Source: Malacoraja senta (lineage: Eukaryota). From it: DNA of 64,000 nt. Position 1 is the stretch's first letter. Each line of letters begins with the position of its first letter. The stretch covers positions 13,518,001-13,582,000 of the forward strand of contig CM075989.1 in NCBI GenBank assembly GCA_038087875.1, read 5' to 3'. Positions 1-11,110 of the stretch are shown one piece after another. A model generated the notes under the pieces. The model was not told the DNA's origin. It searched no databases and saw only the letters and a list, made by a program, of their open reading frames with translations. The position numbers and the translations under genes were made by a program.

Positions 1-150
1 AGTCATACTGTCTCCGCCTACATTCCATCTTTGTCCCACCCCCTCTCCTGACATCAGTCTGAAGAAAGGTCTCAACCCGAAACGTCGCCCATTCCTTCTC
101 TCCAGAGATGCTGCCTACCTGCCGAGTTACTCCAACATTTGGTGTCCACC
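1..150 (+). mobile_element. Penelope-like element 3' terminal repeat fragment with minimal hammerhead core
   Basis: Nearly the same sequence as 39901-40045, which ends the RT/GIY-YIG Penelope copy. CTGAAGA at 59-65 and GAAACGTC at 79-86. Confidence 0.75.
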
Positions 151-943
151 CATGGTTTAGATGTGTTCGGCTGTGCACCCACATCAACTCCACAAACTCA
201 GTCTTTTCAGAAGTTTATTCACAGACAACTAGAAGTAAAGTATTTGTTTAGTTAGTTTGTCTTTGACCACTTACTGTGAGGAGGGAGAACAGATGCCATC
301 CCAAGTTTAGACATGCTCGGCGGGTAAGTGGGCGAAGACTCGGGAAGTGGGAATCGCCCATTTTATGTCAGGTCGGCACAATTGGCTGAATTGTCTCCTT
401 TGTCCAGCAAAGTTTTCAAAATGAAAGACATTTGGGATAATTTTGTTCAATATCTAACCAGAGGCATAATTTCAGATTAATGGAAAGTTACCATCGTGTC
501 CTATGAGTGATACCAGCTATAGGAAGTCCCTTTGTTGGGGAGATGGGCAGTCCACCCTGAGCCAGGCCCTGTGCTGCTCATGGCTGCACCAACTCAGGTC
601 CCACCAGCAGAGGGTTTGGGGCAGCAGCAAGAAGCCAATGTTCAGTCACATTTGCAAAAGATGGAAGCCAAGGCCAGCTGAGAAGGTACATTCCCCCCAA
701 AGAAATCCTTCCCCAACTTTCCCTCAATCTATTCTTTGCACAAATTACGGACAGTTTGGTTCAATTATTCCAAGATGGATTGTTGAAAGGTCATTGCAGT
801 TAGTCAGTGCCTGGGTGTGTACTAGAACAGTCACGTCCGGCCACTGAGTGGGAGAAAATCAGGGAGAAAGGCAGAGATGTATCGTCGACCGAGCAGAGTA
901 TGTCAGGTCTGAGAGCTGGACACTGGGAGGGGTCGCGTGGTAC

Positions 944-1066
944 CTGCAGCACTCCACCCCCACGGCTGTTGGGGTGATGGTGTAGGAAGTGATCAGGGAG
1001 CCCCAGCATCACCGCCAGCCAGTCCATCATGCTTATCTCCAGCTCGATGCAGGCGCAGCTCGAGGC
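944..1066 (-). CDS. HDC: Isolated histidine decarboxylase-like exon (equivalent to human HDC exon 4); possibly a pseudogene remnant
   Basis: 123-nt exon with CAG acceptor and GTA donor. Encodes [41 protein letters not shown]; recalled human HDC is [47 protein letters not shown] is HDC-like rather than DDC-like. Confidence 0.85.
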
Positions 1067-1301
1067 CTGCATATCAAAAACAGTCCATCAGTGATTCCAC
1101 GAATATTCAGGGCAGAGATTCCCAGAGATTTACCACCCTCTTCAAAAAGTCCCTACACTGATCTCAAGTGTCACTGATCTCTTAACAGATATTGGTCCTG
1201 ATTACTATAGGGAGGTTACATGAAAACAGTTGATTTCCCAAGACTGGAGTGGGGTGCTGGGTGCTGGGTGTGGGCTGCTGGGGGTGGGGTGCTGGGGGTG
1301 T

Positions 1302-2518
1302 ATTTTCCCAGATTACACCGCAGCGGTGGCTAAAAAGTGAGCGGCCTTCCATGAAGTTAAGCGGCTACTCCGGACCTGCCAGGGCATAAAGTTTGGAATC
1401 CTGTACCCTGCGACTCTCCGTATCTCTTGTCGACCGGCCAAGATAAGCGGTTTGGAGACCCGTCGGAGGCGGTGGACTACATCAGGAAGAATCTTAAGCC
1501 CCAAGACTGAGATATCGACATACTCGTATTAGCGGCTAACTGGTGTTGGCTAACCAGCACTGATAGCCAAGTGCTGGCAGCTAGTGCAGCGGACTGGCAA
1601 AGAGTCGAGTTGTAGGGTAAAGTTATGTTTCGAGTTTGACTTTATTTCAGTATTCAACTATCATATTCCCAAATTTACATGTAATGTTGCCTTTATTGTT
1701 TAATACAGATGTGTTTCAATAATGACTAATCCATCTGAAAAATATTTATTTTATATTCTATAAGGACACTTATTGTTTGGAAATTATCCTGATGACCGAG
1801 TTTCACAGACCTATAAGGGGACTGCTATGATAACTGATGTACAGAGGTTAATGCACATATTTTTCAATCAGAAATATTGTAAGTTCATTGTAATATAATC
1901 TTTATAAGATTATAGTTCACCCTGTGTAGGGCTTATTGTTAGAGGTTTTTTTTAATATGGTTATTTGCTACGTTACATTGGCAGTGGGGAATGCGATCTC
2001 TAGGGTACTGGTAGATCAGCAGTGGTTTTTAAGGCTCTGTTTTTTGTTTGTAGGCAGGGACTTTATTGTTTTTTTACTATTTTACTACCCTGTAAAAATT
2101 GGATGAAAACAAAATAAGGACTACGTTTGCTTTTCGAGTTGGAATATAAAGGGAATTAATAATCCAGCAGGGTCTTTGAACATTTAAAATTTCTGAAATC
2201 TGATATTATTTTCCTTCAGGAAACTCACCTCCGATCAAGTGAACATGTGAAATTGAAAAAAGCCTGGATAGGTCAAATATTCTGCTCCAAAAATGAGTTT
2301 AGATCACGAGGCACAGCTATTTTAATCAGGAAGGGGATTCCAGTCATCCAATATATCGACCATCACCGACCCCAGGAGAAGGTTTGTAGTTGTAACATGC
2401 AATCTATATGGCACACAGGTTGCACTAGCCAATATATATGGACCAAATTGGGACGACCCATCATTTTTCTCTAGCTTCATAACATCCCTCCCAAATCTCA
2501 AAGGCCACCAACTGATAT
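1302..2518 (+). mobile_element. Degenerate L1 LINE, 5' part (ORF1 C-terminus, spacer, ORF2 endonuclease N-terminus)
   Basis: ORF1 IFPDYTAAVAKK*AAFHEVKRLL...GIKFGILYPATLRI. Endonuclease motifs SWNIKG, DIIFLQETHL and ANIYGPN. Stops and frameshifts present. Confidence 0.9.
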
Positions 2519-3311
2519 TGAAAAAGTTACTTTTATAACTACTAAACCAGGTTCGCTTCTCAATAAACAGACACCACACAAACTGTTTGGTAGACCAGTT
2601 CAAAACTTTACTTAACATCGGCCGATGGAAGGGAGCGAGAATTCCAGCTAAGTGACCAATGTAGACACTCGACTGTCCTCGGTCCCCTTCTCTGAACAAC
2701 AGAATTACATCGCATTATATAGTGTTTCTTTGTCACATTAGCACATTCCACAGACATTAGTCGTGGTCAGAGGTACAGGAAAAGGCATCACATCAAAGGC
2801 CTTTTGTTTACAGGTTATGATATACTAAAAACATTGGCCATTTGTTTTAGGTCATTTTATCTTCAAAGAGATCACCCTAGCTCGTTCGCTGTTTCCTCTC
2901 TGTCACTTGGTCCTTCATAAACATAGGCCATTTGTTTTATGGCATCTTATCTTTCCACTTCCCTGGATCCTCTCTCATCACTTCGCCCCTCCTAAACATT
3001 GGTCATTTGGTTTACGGCATCTTACTTCAAAGATGTGACTAGCTGTTTCTCTCTTCCTTTATTGCCTCCTCCCCCAGAAACATTGGTCATTTGGTTCATG
3101 GCATCTTACTTCAAAGATGTGACTAGCTGTTTCTTTCTCTGTCACTTCCTCACTTGGGAGACAATGTTATGGTATTTATTATCTCAATACCCCAAAACCC
3201 GAGGCAACTTAACTTGCCTTTCTGTATTATTCTACTGGAGAAAAGCCTGATTTGAGACTAAATATAAGCTGTAAGCTTTTCTTATATTTTTAACATAATT
3301 CAGCTTTATCA
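2519..3311 (-). repeat. 3' LTR of the ERV
   Basis: Direct repeat of 7157-7949. Differences seen by eye at 2763/7401, 2884/7522 and 2952/7590. Confidence 0.95.
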
Positions 3312-3323
3312 TTCCATCCTTTT
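3312..3323 (-). other. Polypurine tract of the ERV
   Basis: Minus strand AAAAGGATGGAA directly precedes the TG of the 3' LTR. Confidence 0.7.
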
Positions 3324-3574
3324 ATCAAAATCTTGATAATAACTACAGTCCTTGCCGAGTACATACGAAAGACCATAAGCATCTCATCAGGCAAATTATC
3401 TCACTGTCTGTAGTCAGGGTATCTTTGCTGCATTTGTCATGTTTGACTCCAATCTTGTTTAAAAGGATGTGTGTACCATCCTTTAAATGTGGGTTAGTCC
3501 GCAAGTTTGCCATTCTGAAGAAAGTCCAGTCCATGTGGGCCACCCCAGAATAAAAGAGGGTCAATAGCTCCACA

Positions 3575-3850
3575 AACCGTTCACAGTCAATCAAATGTAT
3601 CCAACGACGACGATCTTCAATCTTCACAGCAGTTTATGTTGTTGATAGCACTTGGTTTTTCCTTTCAACACAATCTCAATTTCTTCTTGTCCCAGCACAT
3701 GGTCATTTTGTAGCCTTTATGGACTCGTCCCTGTGCTCACAGCTCCTCTAACCTGGGAATGCAGATCTGGCAAGACCTGGGTTAATTGCTGTCCATACAT
3801 AATTAGTTAATTGCCCAGGGCCTGTAGTTGGCTTCCCCCCACTCTCCAGG
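3575..3850 (-). pseudogene. Degenerate C-terminal part of retroviral integrase
   Basis: QVLSTT*TAVKIEDRRRWIHLIDC matches the class I (GPY)xVLLTTxTAVKxxxxxxWIH motif. LHSQV lies upstream. Confidence 0.7.
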
Positions 3851-4930
3851 GGGTGGGCACAGCAGCCTTTCCTGTATCAATAAAAAAGTTGTAAATTCTG
3901 TTTCTCTGGCTGCAGTTGAATGACCCCAATCTACTCTGAAGAAGGGCTTCGGCCCAAAATGATGCCTATTTCCTTCGCTCCTTTGATGCTGCTTCATCCC
4001 CTGAGTTTCTCCAGCACTTTTGTCTACCTTTGATTTTCCAGCATCTGCAGTTCCTTCTTAAACACTTCTCTGTGAACTTATTCTTTAATCCGATTATATC
4101 TGAAGAGGCTCTCCCCACCTAAATATTAAATTCTCCAAATATGTTCTCTTCCCCAATCTACTTATCTTCTCACCTTTTATCCCTCATTATGAGATCCCTC
4201 AAACCCCCTTTTGTAAGCCATAAGACAATTTTACATGTACATTCATTTCCCTTACACAGCACATGCTTCAACATCTTTGTTCGTCTGCAGACCGTAATCT
4301 TGCTTCATTTGCATTTTAAAGGACAACCTCTGTTATCACATCAAAACAATCTTTCCCAAAAGAACTCACTCAGAATCAGTAATCAATAATACATTTTCTT
4401 TTTCTCTGTAATTTTGACATTTCCAATCTCATTTAACACTTTAATTGGGATGAGTCTCTTTTTGAACTCGGCTCAAAAGATTTATAACAACCAACACATT
4501 TTATCATTTGAGTATAGCTCCACCCCCCATTCATGGCAGTGTCTTAAAGGAACACACCATAACCTGCCTGTTCATTTGCATTTTAAAGGACAAACTGTTC
4601 TTAAAGGGACTCACACCTTTGCTCATTGCTTCAAATTTCACACATTCCACATAGAAAAAACATTGTTTTACAAGCAGTACATACACACAAAAAAATTGTT
4701 TTACCAGCAGTATATAATATTTCATCTTCAAAGACGTCTCTTTGTAATTTACTTTCCCTTTTTCTGACAAGACTTCTGTTTACCAGAATCCTGGTTACCT
4801 AACCCTAATTGGACTTTGATCCAGATCATGATTAGTCAGACTCCCCGTGACTTTTCAGTCTCCCTATCCTATCCTCATTTCTCCACCGAATTTGTCTTCA
4901 TCCCCAATTTTTCTATAACATAGTTGCTTG

Positions 4931-5545
4931 TCAGAAAAAGGATTCCCCCGGGGTAATTTTGTTTTGCAATGCCCCATAGGCTCTTTCCACCATCCCAGAT
5001 GCCTGTGGGTGATGTACACAGTGAAATTGCTGTCGGATATAAAAATGTGTACATATTTCCTTATTAATAGTGGCAATAAAATGGGGACCATTGTCCAAGC
5101 TTATGACAGTAGGTAGGCCAAACCTGGGAATAACTTCCCTTAACACCAATGTTACTGTAGTCTTAGCAGTATCATTAGTGGTTGGTAGAGCTTCAATCCA
5201 CCTGCTAAATAAATCTAAAATAACTAAGCAATATTTATAACACTGGGCCCTTGGCATTTCAATAAAATCAATCTGTATGCATTCAAACGGTCGTGATGGC
5301 ATTGGTGTCACCCCTGAGGGTATCCTAATTGGTTTGCCTGGATTATTTCGTTGGCAAATTTTACATTCAGAGGCCTGCTTCAGTGCCTCTTGCCGGATTT
5401 TTAGGTGCCACCACGTTTCCTTTGTCATCCTTATCATTCCCTCCTTACCAGCATGGGTAAGTGAGTGAATATATGTTAGTAAAACAGGTAAAAATGCATC
5501 AGATACACCAACTTGTCCAAGCGGGGTGAGCCGAATCAATGGCAC
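4931..5545 (-). pseudogene. Retroviral integrase HHCC zinc finger and DDE core, 3' truncated
   Basis: HSLTHAG...CKICQRNN; PFECIQIDF; LVILDLFSRWIEALP; EVIPRFGLPTVISLDNGPHF; HPQASGMVER. Confidence 0.92.
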
Positions 5546-6482
5546 AGCCCTCTTGTTTCCATAGTTGTTTTGGGTTATCAGAGGCGTCCCTCTGTAATGT
5601 ACATACTTCCCTCATGTTTGGCAGGACCGTTCTATTTGCTAGCATCTGTTTACCTGCTGTCACTAAGCATTTGTATGCATAGGCTGCTTGTTTGGCTACA
5701 CTATCGGCAAATGCATTGCCTTTTGTTATAGGGTCCCCAGCACCAGTGTGTGCAGCACATTTAATAATGGTCAGCTGTTCTGGTATCATCAATGCCTTAA
5801 GCAAATAATGCACAGAAAGGCATTCCCGTGCTCCCAATCCTGGGGAGCTTTGTAAGGTCAGAACTTCAAGGTATAGGGATATTACTGACGGAGCTGTCAG
5901 AGGTAAGTATGCCATCGCTACTGGTAGGACGTAGGGAGGTGGACATCTCCCAGGATTATCTAACTCCTCATCTTCACTACCAAACAGGGTCGTCGTGCCA
6001 GACATGAAGTCTCCTCCAGAGGATTTACCAGTACTGAGGTTATTTTTACTAACCATCACCTGTTGCTCACCTCCTGCCTGTCTCTTAATTATTTTCTCTT
6101 GTTCCTCCGCCCACTGGCATTCTAGTTGCAATACTTTCCATCCTTTCATAGTGCCATCCTTATTTCGTAACTCTATCCCTTGTTTACATGCAGTATCCAT
6201 CCAACTTCGATCTCTACTCTCCTCATGCTTCTTCTCTGCTTCTGCTTTCCACGTTTTAATTCCCTTCTTCCATTTCTTTCCTGCCTTCCTTTCCCATATC
6301 AACATTTCTGCTTTTTTAATTGTCTCGACATTCCATGTGCCCCCTACTGGCCAGGCTTCATCCCCCAACCGTTTGGTCAACTTGTAACTTAACATTCTAA
6401 ATTTCTTATTATACTTAGGATTCAAATAACACATATGTTGGACGGGGGTTCCCCCCTCACTGTTATCCAAAGCATTCCCCAT
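5499..6482 (-). CDS. Chimeric ERV ORF (327 aa): Gag matrix plus PPPY late domain fused in frame to RNase H C-terminus and IN linker
   Basis: Starts MGN (myristoylation-type). Has WPVGGTW matrix motif and CPPPYV, then LLKALMIPEQLTIIKCAAHT...GNAFADSVAKQAA (RNase H). No CA, NC, PR or RT. Confidence 0.75.
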   Translation of the reverse strand: MGNALDNSEGGTPVQHMCYLNPKYNKKFRMLSYKLTKRLGDEAWPVGGTWNVETIKKAEMLIWERKAGKKWKKGIKTWKAEAEKKHEESRDRSWMDTACKQGIELRNKDGTMKGWKVLQLECQWAEEQEKIIKRQAGGEQQVMVSKNNLSTGKSSGGDFMSGTTTLFGSEDEELDNPGRCPPPYVLPVAMAYLPLTAPSVISLYLEVLTLQSSPGLGARECLSVHYLLKALMIPEQLTIIKCAAHTGAGDPITKGNAFADSVAKQAAYAYKCLVTAGKQMLANRTVLPNMREVCTLQRDASDNPKQLWKQEGCAIDSAHPAWTSWCI

Positions 6483-7138
6483 AGCTAGATAGAGAAAAAG
6501 AGAGAGAGAGAAAAAAAAAATAAAAGAAAAAGAAAAAGAAAAAGAAAGCAGACCGCTTGATTCCGAAACGTGCAAAATATATCAACCAGGCCGACTCGCG
6601 ACTCGAGACCCCAGTTTCTCAATTTGGCTGACTGTTTAACTTTGTAATATACAACGCCACTTATTTCTCAATCCGACAACTCCCCGGATGTTTCAATAAG
6701 CCAGACGCACACCTCACCTCCCGTATCTCAACCCGACAAAACACGGATGTCTCAACGAGGCCGATAAGCCCTTAGTAGAGAGAAAAGAAAAAAACAAAGA
6801 GAGATAGACAGAGAGAGAGAAAGAGAAACCACTCACGTCCTTCTTAACAAGATACACAAGCCCTTCTTAAAAATACAAGCACAAGTCTGTCTTAAAAATA
6901 CATACACAATCCCCACTAAAAAAACCCTATAAAGCCCAACTGGTCTTACCTTAGTCTGTTGCTAAGAACCTCGGCAGGGAACCTGGATCAACCTCTGATG
7001 AAGGATCACAGACGTTCCCGGGAGTTTCTAGGGAGTCGGTCTTACAAGGGGGCCGATAGAGCTCAGTTATCTCCCTTCCAATCCCGGCAACCTCTGCAAC
7101 CTCTTGCACAGTCAGCCGTTGATGTGGTCCCAGCGAGG

Positions 7139-7155
7139 CCTGCATAACTACGCCA
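7139..7155 (-). other. Primer binding site, tRNA-Ser-like
   Basis: Minus strand TGGCGTAGTTATGCAGG lies 1 nt after the 5' LTR. It is an imperfect complement of the recalled vertebrate tRNA-Ser 3' end CCTGCCGACTACGCCA. Confidence 0.75.
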
Positions 7156-7156
7156 A

Positions 7157-7949
7157 TGAAAAAGTTACTTTTATAACTACTAAACCAGGTTCGCTTCTCA
7201 ATAAACAGACACCACACAAACTGTTTGGTAGACCAGTTCAAAACTTTACTTAACATCGGCCGATGGAAGGGAGCGAGAATTCCAGCTAAGTGACCAATGT
7301 AGACACTCGACTGTCCTCGGTCCCCTTCTCTGAACAACAGAATTACATCGCATTATATAGTGTTTCTTTGTCACATTAGCACATTCCACAGACATTAGTC
7401 ATGGTCAGAGGTACAGGAAAAGGCATCACATCAAAGGCCTTTTGTTTACAGGTTATGATATACTAAAAACATTGGCCATTTGTTTTAGGTCATTTTATCT
7501 TCAAAGAGATCACCCTAGCTCTTTCGCTGTTTCCTCTCTGTCACTTGGTCCTTCATAAACATAGGCCATTTGTTTTATGGCATCTTATCGTTCCACTTCC
7601 CTGGATCCTCTCTCATCACTTCGCCCCTCCTAAACATTGGTCATTTGGTTTACGGCATCTTACTTCAAAGATGTGACTAGCTGTTTCTCTCTTCCTTTAT
7701 TGCCTCCTCCCCCAGAAACATTGGTCATTTGGTTCATGGCATCTTACTTCAAAGATGTGACTAGCTGTTTCTTTCTCTGTCACTTCCTCACTTGGGAGAC
7801 AATGTTATGGTATTTATTATCTCAATACCCCAAAACCCGAGGCAACTTAACTTGCCTTTCTGTATTATTCTACTGGAGAAAAGCCTGATTTGAGACTAAA
7901 TATAAGCTGTAAGCTTTTCTTATATTTTTAACATAATTCAGCTTTATCA
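7157..7949 (-). repeat. 5' LTR of the ERV
   Basis: 793-bp repeat adjacent to the PBS. TATATAA on minus strand at 7353-7359, with tandem repeats upstream in U3. Confidence 0.95.
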
Positions 7950-7953
7950 ATAT

Positions 7954-10900
7954 TAGGGGGGGGGGGGGGGTTTAATTGTGTATTACATCCTTATTTGGAC
8001 AGACCCAACCCAAGACCTAATAGTAAAATTTCAAATTCTGGTGCTGTTATCAATTCATTTATAGAATCCTATACACTTTTTGACCCCTGGAGAAGAAATA
8101 ACCCAAAAACAAAACAATATTCCTTTTTTTCCCCAGTACACCATTCTTATTCAAGAATTGATTCTTGTAGATAGTAGGATCCTTTCCATGGTTAAGGGGA
8201 GCCAGTATAACAGTATTGTTATTTCTAACCACAGCCCTGTGCAACTAGATATAGGCTTCCTAGACTGCCCTAGACCTCGACGCACTTGGCAGTTTGGTCC
8301 TCTGTTGCTATCTAGGGAGTCCTTCAAAAGATTTCTTTCTCAACAAATTTGGAAATTAATAATACTCCGGACATGCACTTAGCGACTATCTGGGAGGCTC
8401 TTAAAGCCTACCTTCGAGGCCAGATAATCTCATATACAGCATAGGAGAGGAAGAAATATAAACAACGTCTGACAGAACTGTCCCACAGTATAGCAGAAAT
8501 AGACCGTTTGTATGCCAATTCGCCAACACATGAAGTTTACAAGGAGAAATTATTACTTAAGACGGAATTTGACAATTTATCCACCAGACAAGCAGAACAA
8601 TTAATCTCCAAATCAAAGCAAATTTTCTATGAACACGGAGAAAAGGCAGGAGAACATTTAGCTCACCAGATCAGACAGTCCACAGCCGCCAGTACTATTC
8701 CTAAAATTCTAACATCACCGGGGATAAAGACTACTGATCCAGATGCCATCAATGACCAGTTTAAGCAGTTTTATTTTTCCCTCTATGCTTCAGAACCACC
8801 CAGTGATCTGTCATGTATTCCTGCCTTCTTAGACAGCCTGTACATCCCAGAAATTACTTCAGAGGACCAAGCACAAATTGACAGGGAAGTATCAACCGAA
8901 GAAATATTACCATTAAATCGATGCAGAGCAACAAAGCTCCAGGACCAGACAGTTTCCCAATTGAAATATACAAAGAATTTGTAATCAAGCTGGCTCCAAC
9001 ACTTAAATTGTTGTATCAGGAAATGTTTAGCCAACAGAAACTACCTCAAACAATGTGGCAGGCAACCATATCAGTCCTACTTAAAAAAGATAAAGACCCA
9101 CTATTGTGTGGTTCATACCGCCCTGTAAGCTTGTTGAATTGTGATTATAAAATCCTCACAAAAATTTTAGCCACCTGTCTTGAAACAGTAGTCTCCAAAG
9201 TTATTAACCCTGACCAAACTGGATTCATACCGGGCAGGCAGTCGTTCTATAACATGCGGGGCCTACTTAATGTATTGTATACACCTCACACCACAGAACA
9301 ATCGGAAGTAATTATTACTTTAGACGCCGAGAAGCTATTCGACCGTGTCGAATGGCAATATTTGTTTGCTATTCTCAAACGATTTGGCTTTGGTCCATCA
9401 TTTTTATCATGGATTAAAATATTATATTTTGCGCCAACGGCAGCTGTGCGGACCAACAATATAATCTCTGACTACTTCCAGCTCTATAGGGCTGCAGCCT
9501 TTCTCCCTACTTATTTGATTTGGCAATAGAACCACTTGCTATAGCTCTTAGGACAGAAGATGGTATCAGAGGTATCTTTCGAAGTGGTAAATCTCACAAA
9601 GTATCGCTTTTCACGGACGACCTGCTGGTATATATATCCAACCCAACTGACTCCATACCAAAGCTACTGCATATATTAGAGAATTTTGGCCGCCTGTCAG
9701 GTTATTCGATAAATTACTCAAAGAGCTTGCTTTTCCCAATCAATCACACTGACGCCGACTACTCCAGCTTCCCATTTAAGTTTGAGAAAAATGTATTTAC
9801 TTACCTGGGAATTAAAGTCACCCATACCATGGGAGGTTTACACAACCACAACTTTAAATCATTATTAGAACGAACAACACAGGACTTCAAAAAATGGTCA
9901 ACACTACCACTCTCATTAGTAGGCCGCATCAATATCGTTAAGATGACAGTTTTACCTAGATTTCTTTATCTTTTGCAAATGATCCCCATATTCATACCTC
10001 GGACAACTTTTCAGCAATTAGATAGACTAATCTCATCATTTATTTGGAACAATTCAAATCCCAGGATGAATAAAATATACTTGGAAGTTCCTAAGAAGGC
10101 GGGTGGTCTAGGTTTGCCTAACTTTATCTATTACTACTGGGCTGCAAATATTGTAAAACTTTTACATTGGATATATTCATATGAGAGTAAACAGGGCACA
10201 GACTGGGCACAGATGGAACTCCTATCTGATCCACTACCGAAAATCACCTGCTCACTACCTTATAATCGTAAAATACAAATGACAAACCCGGTGGTTAAAA
10301 CCTTGCTTAAAATATGGCTACAGTTCAGGAAACATTTTGGACTAAAAGGTACCAGCAGGCTTTTCCCGGTGGTATAAATCAATTTTTTACATCCTCCATG
10401 TTAGATACTGCGTTTTCATATTGGCATAGGAATGGACTGGTATATTTTTGTGACTTGTTTACTGACGGAACGGTTACTTCCTTTGAAACGCTTGCTGAAG
10501 ACCACAATATACCCAGATCTAATTTCTTCAGGTATCTTCAAATACGTAGCTTTGCTAAAAAAAAGTGTTTCCCTCATTTCCTTATCTGTCCACTAAGAGC
10601 CAATTAGACACTATTTTGGAGTTGGACCCATTTGACAAGAAACGTGTTTCAGCAATTTACATATTAATACAGGAATTAAAACAGATAACCTGGGACAAAA
10701 CTAAAACGGCATGGGAGAGGGACCTGGGTGTAGAGCTTTCTGATGAGGCGTGGCGAGAGCTTAATTCGTATACACACCTCTTCGCTGTGTATACCCCATG
10801 GGTTGATCCAATTTAAAGTGCTCCACCGTCTTCATTATTCAAGAGACAAACTTGCCAGAATCTTTTCTACCACAGATCCTGGCTGCCCTAGATATTGCCA

Positions 10901-11050
10901 TAGCCCAGCCTCTGTAGGACACATGTTTTGGACATGTCCCTCTCTCAACAGCTACTGGGGTAACATATTTGAGGTATTCTCCCATATCTGCAGGCAGAGT
11001 ATAAATCCTGACTTGCACGCAGCTATCTTTGGAATACCACCCCCAAATTG
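7954..11050 (+). mobile_element. Degenerate L1 LINE ORF2 (rest of endonuclease, RT, C-terminal zinc knuckle)
   Basis: SNHSPV; KAPGPDSF; YRPVSLLNCDYKILTKILA; DQTGFIPGR; LDAEK; SLFTDDLLV; YLGI; GGLGLPN; HMFWTCP. Many frameshifts. Confidence 0.95.
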
Positions 11051-11052
11051 TA

Positions 11053-11055
<3 letters not shown>

Positions 11056-11104
<49 letters not shown>

Positions 11105-11110
11105 TGTGTG
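11056..11110. repeat. (GA)n then (GT)n microsatellite
   Basis: Seen directly at the L1/Helitron junction. Confidence 0.95.

Larger units (their letters stand above)
2519..7949 (-). mobile_element. Endogenous retrovirus (class I, gamma/epsilon-like), internally deleted and env-less, inserted in L1 ORF2
   Basis: Two 793-bp TG...CA LTRs with 4-bp TSD ATAT (2515-2518 and 7950-7953). Has PBS, PPT, gag MA, RNase H and integrase remnants. Removing it restores L1 Q-L-I-L-G-G. Confidence 0.95.

Noticed and set aside
2999..3250. Identical 83-aa ORFs at 2999 and 7637 with an internal peptide repeat
   Set aside because: They are translations of the LTR tandem repeats and are duplicated only because the LTRs are.
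7956..7970. Poly-G run as a G-quadruplex or regulatory element
   Set aside because: It sits at the L1 GGDFN codons; slippage or sequencing error is a simpler explanation.
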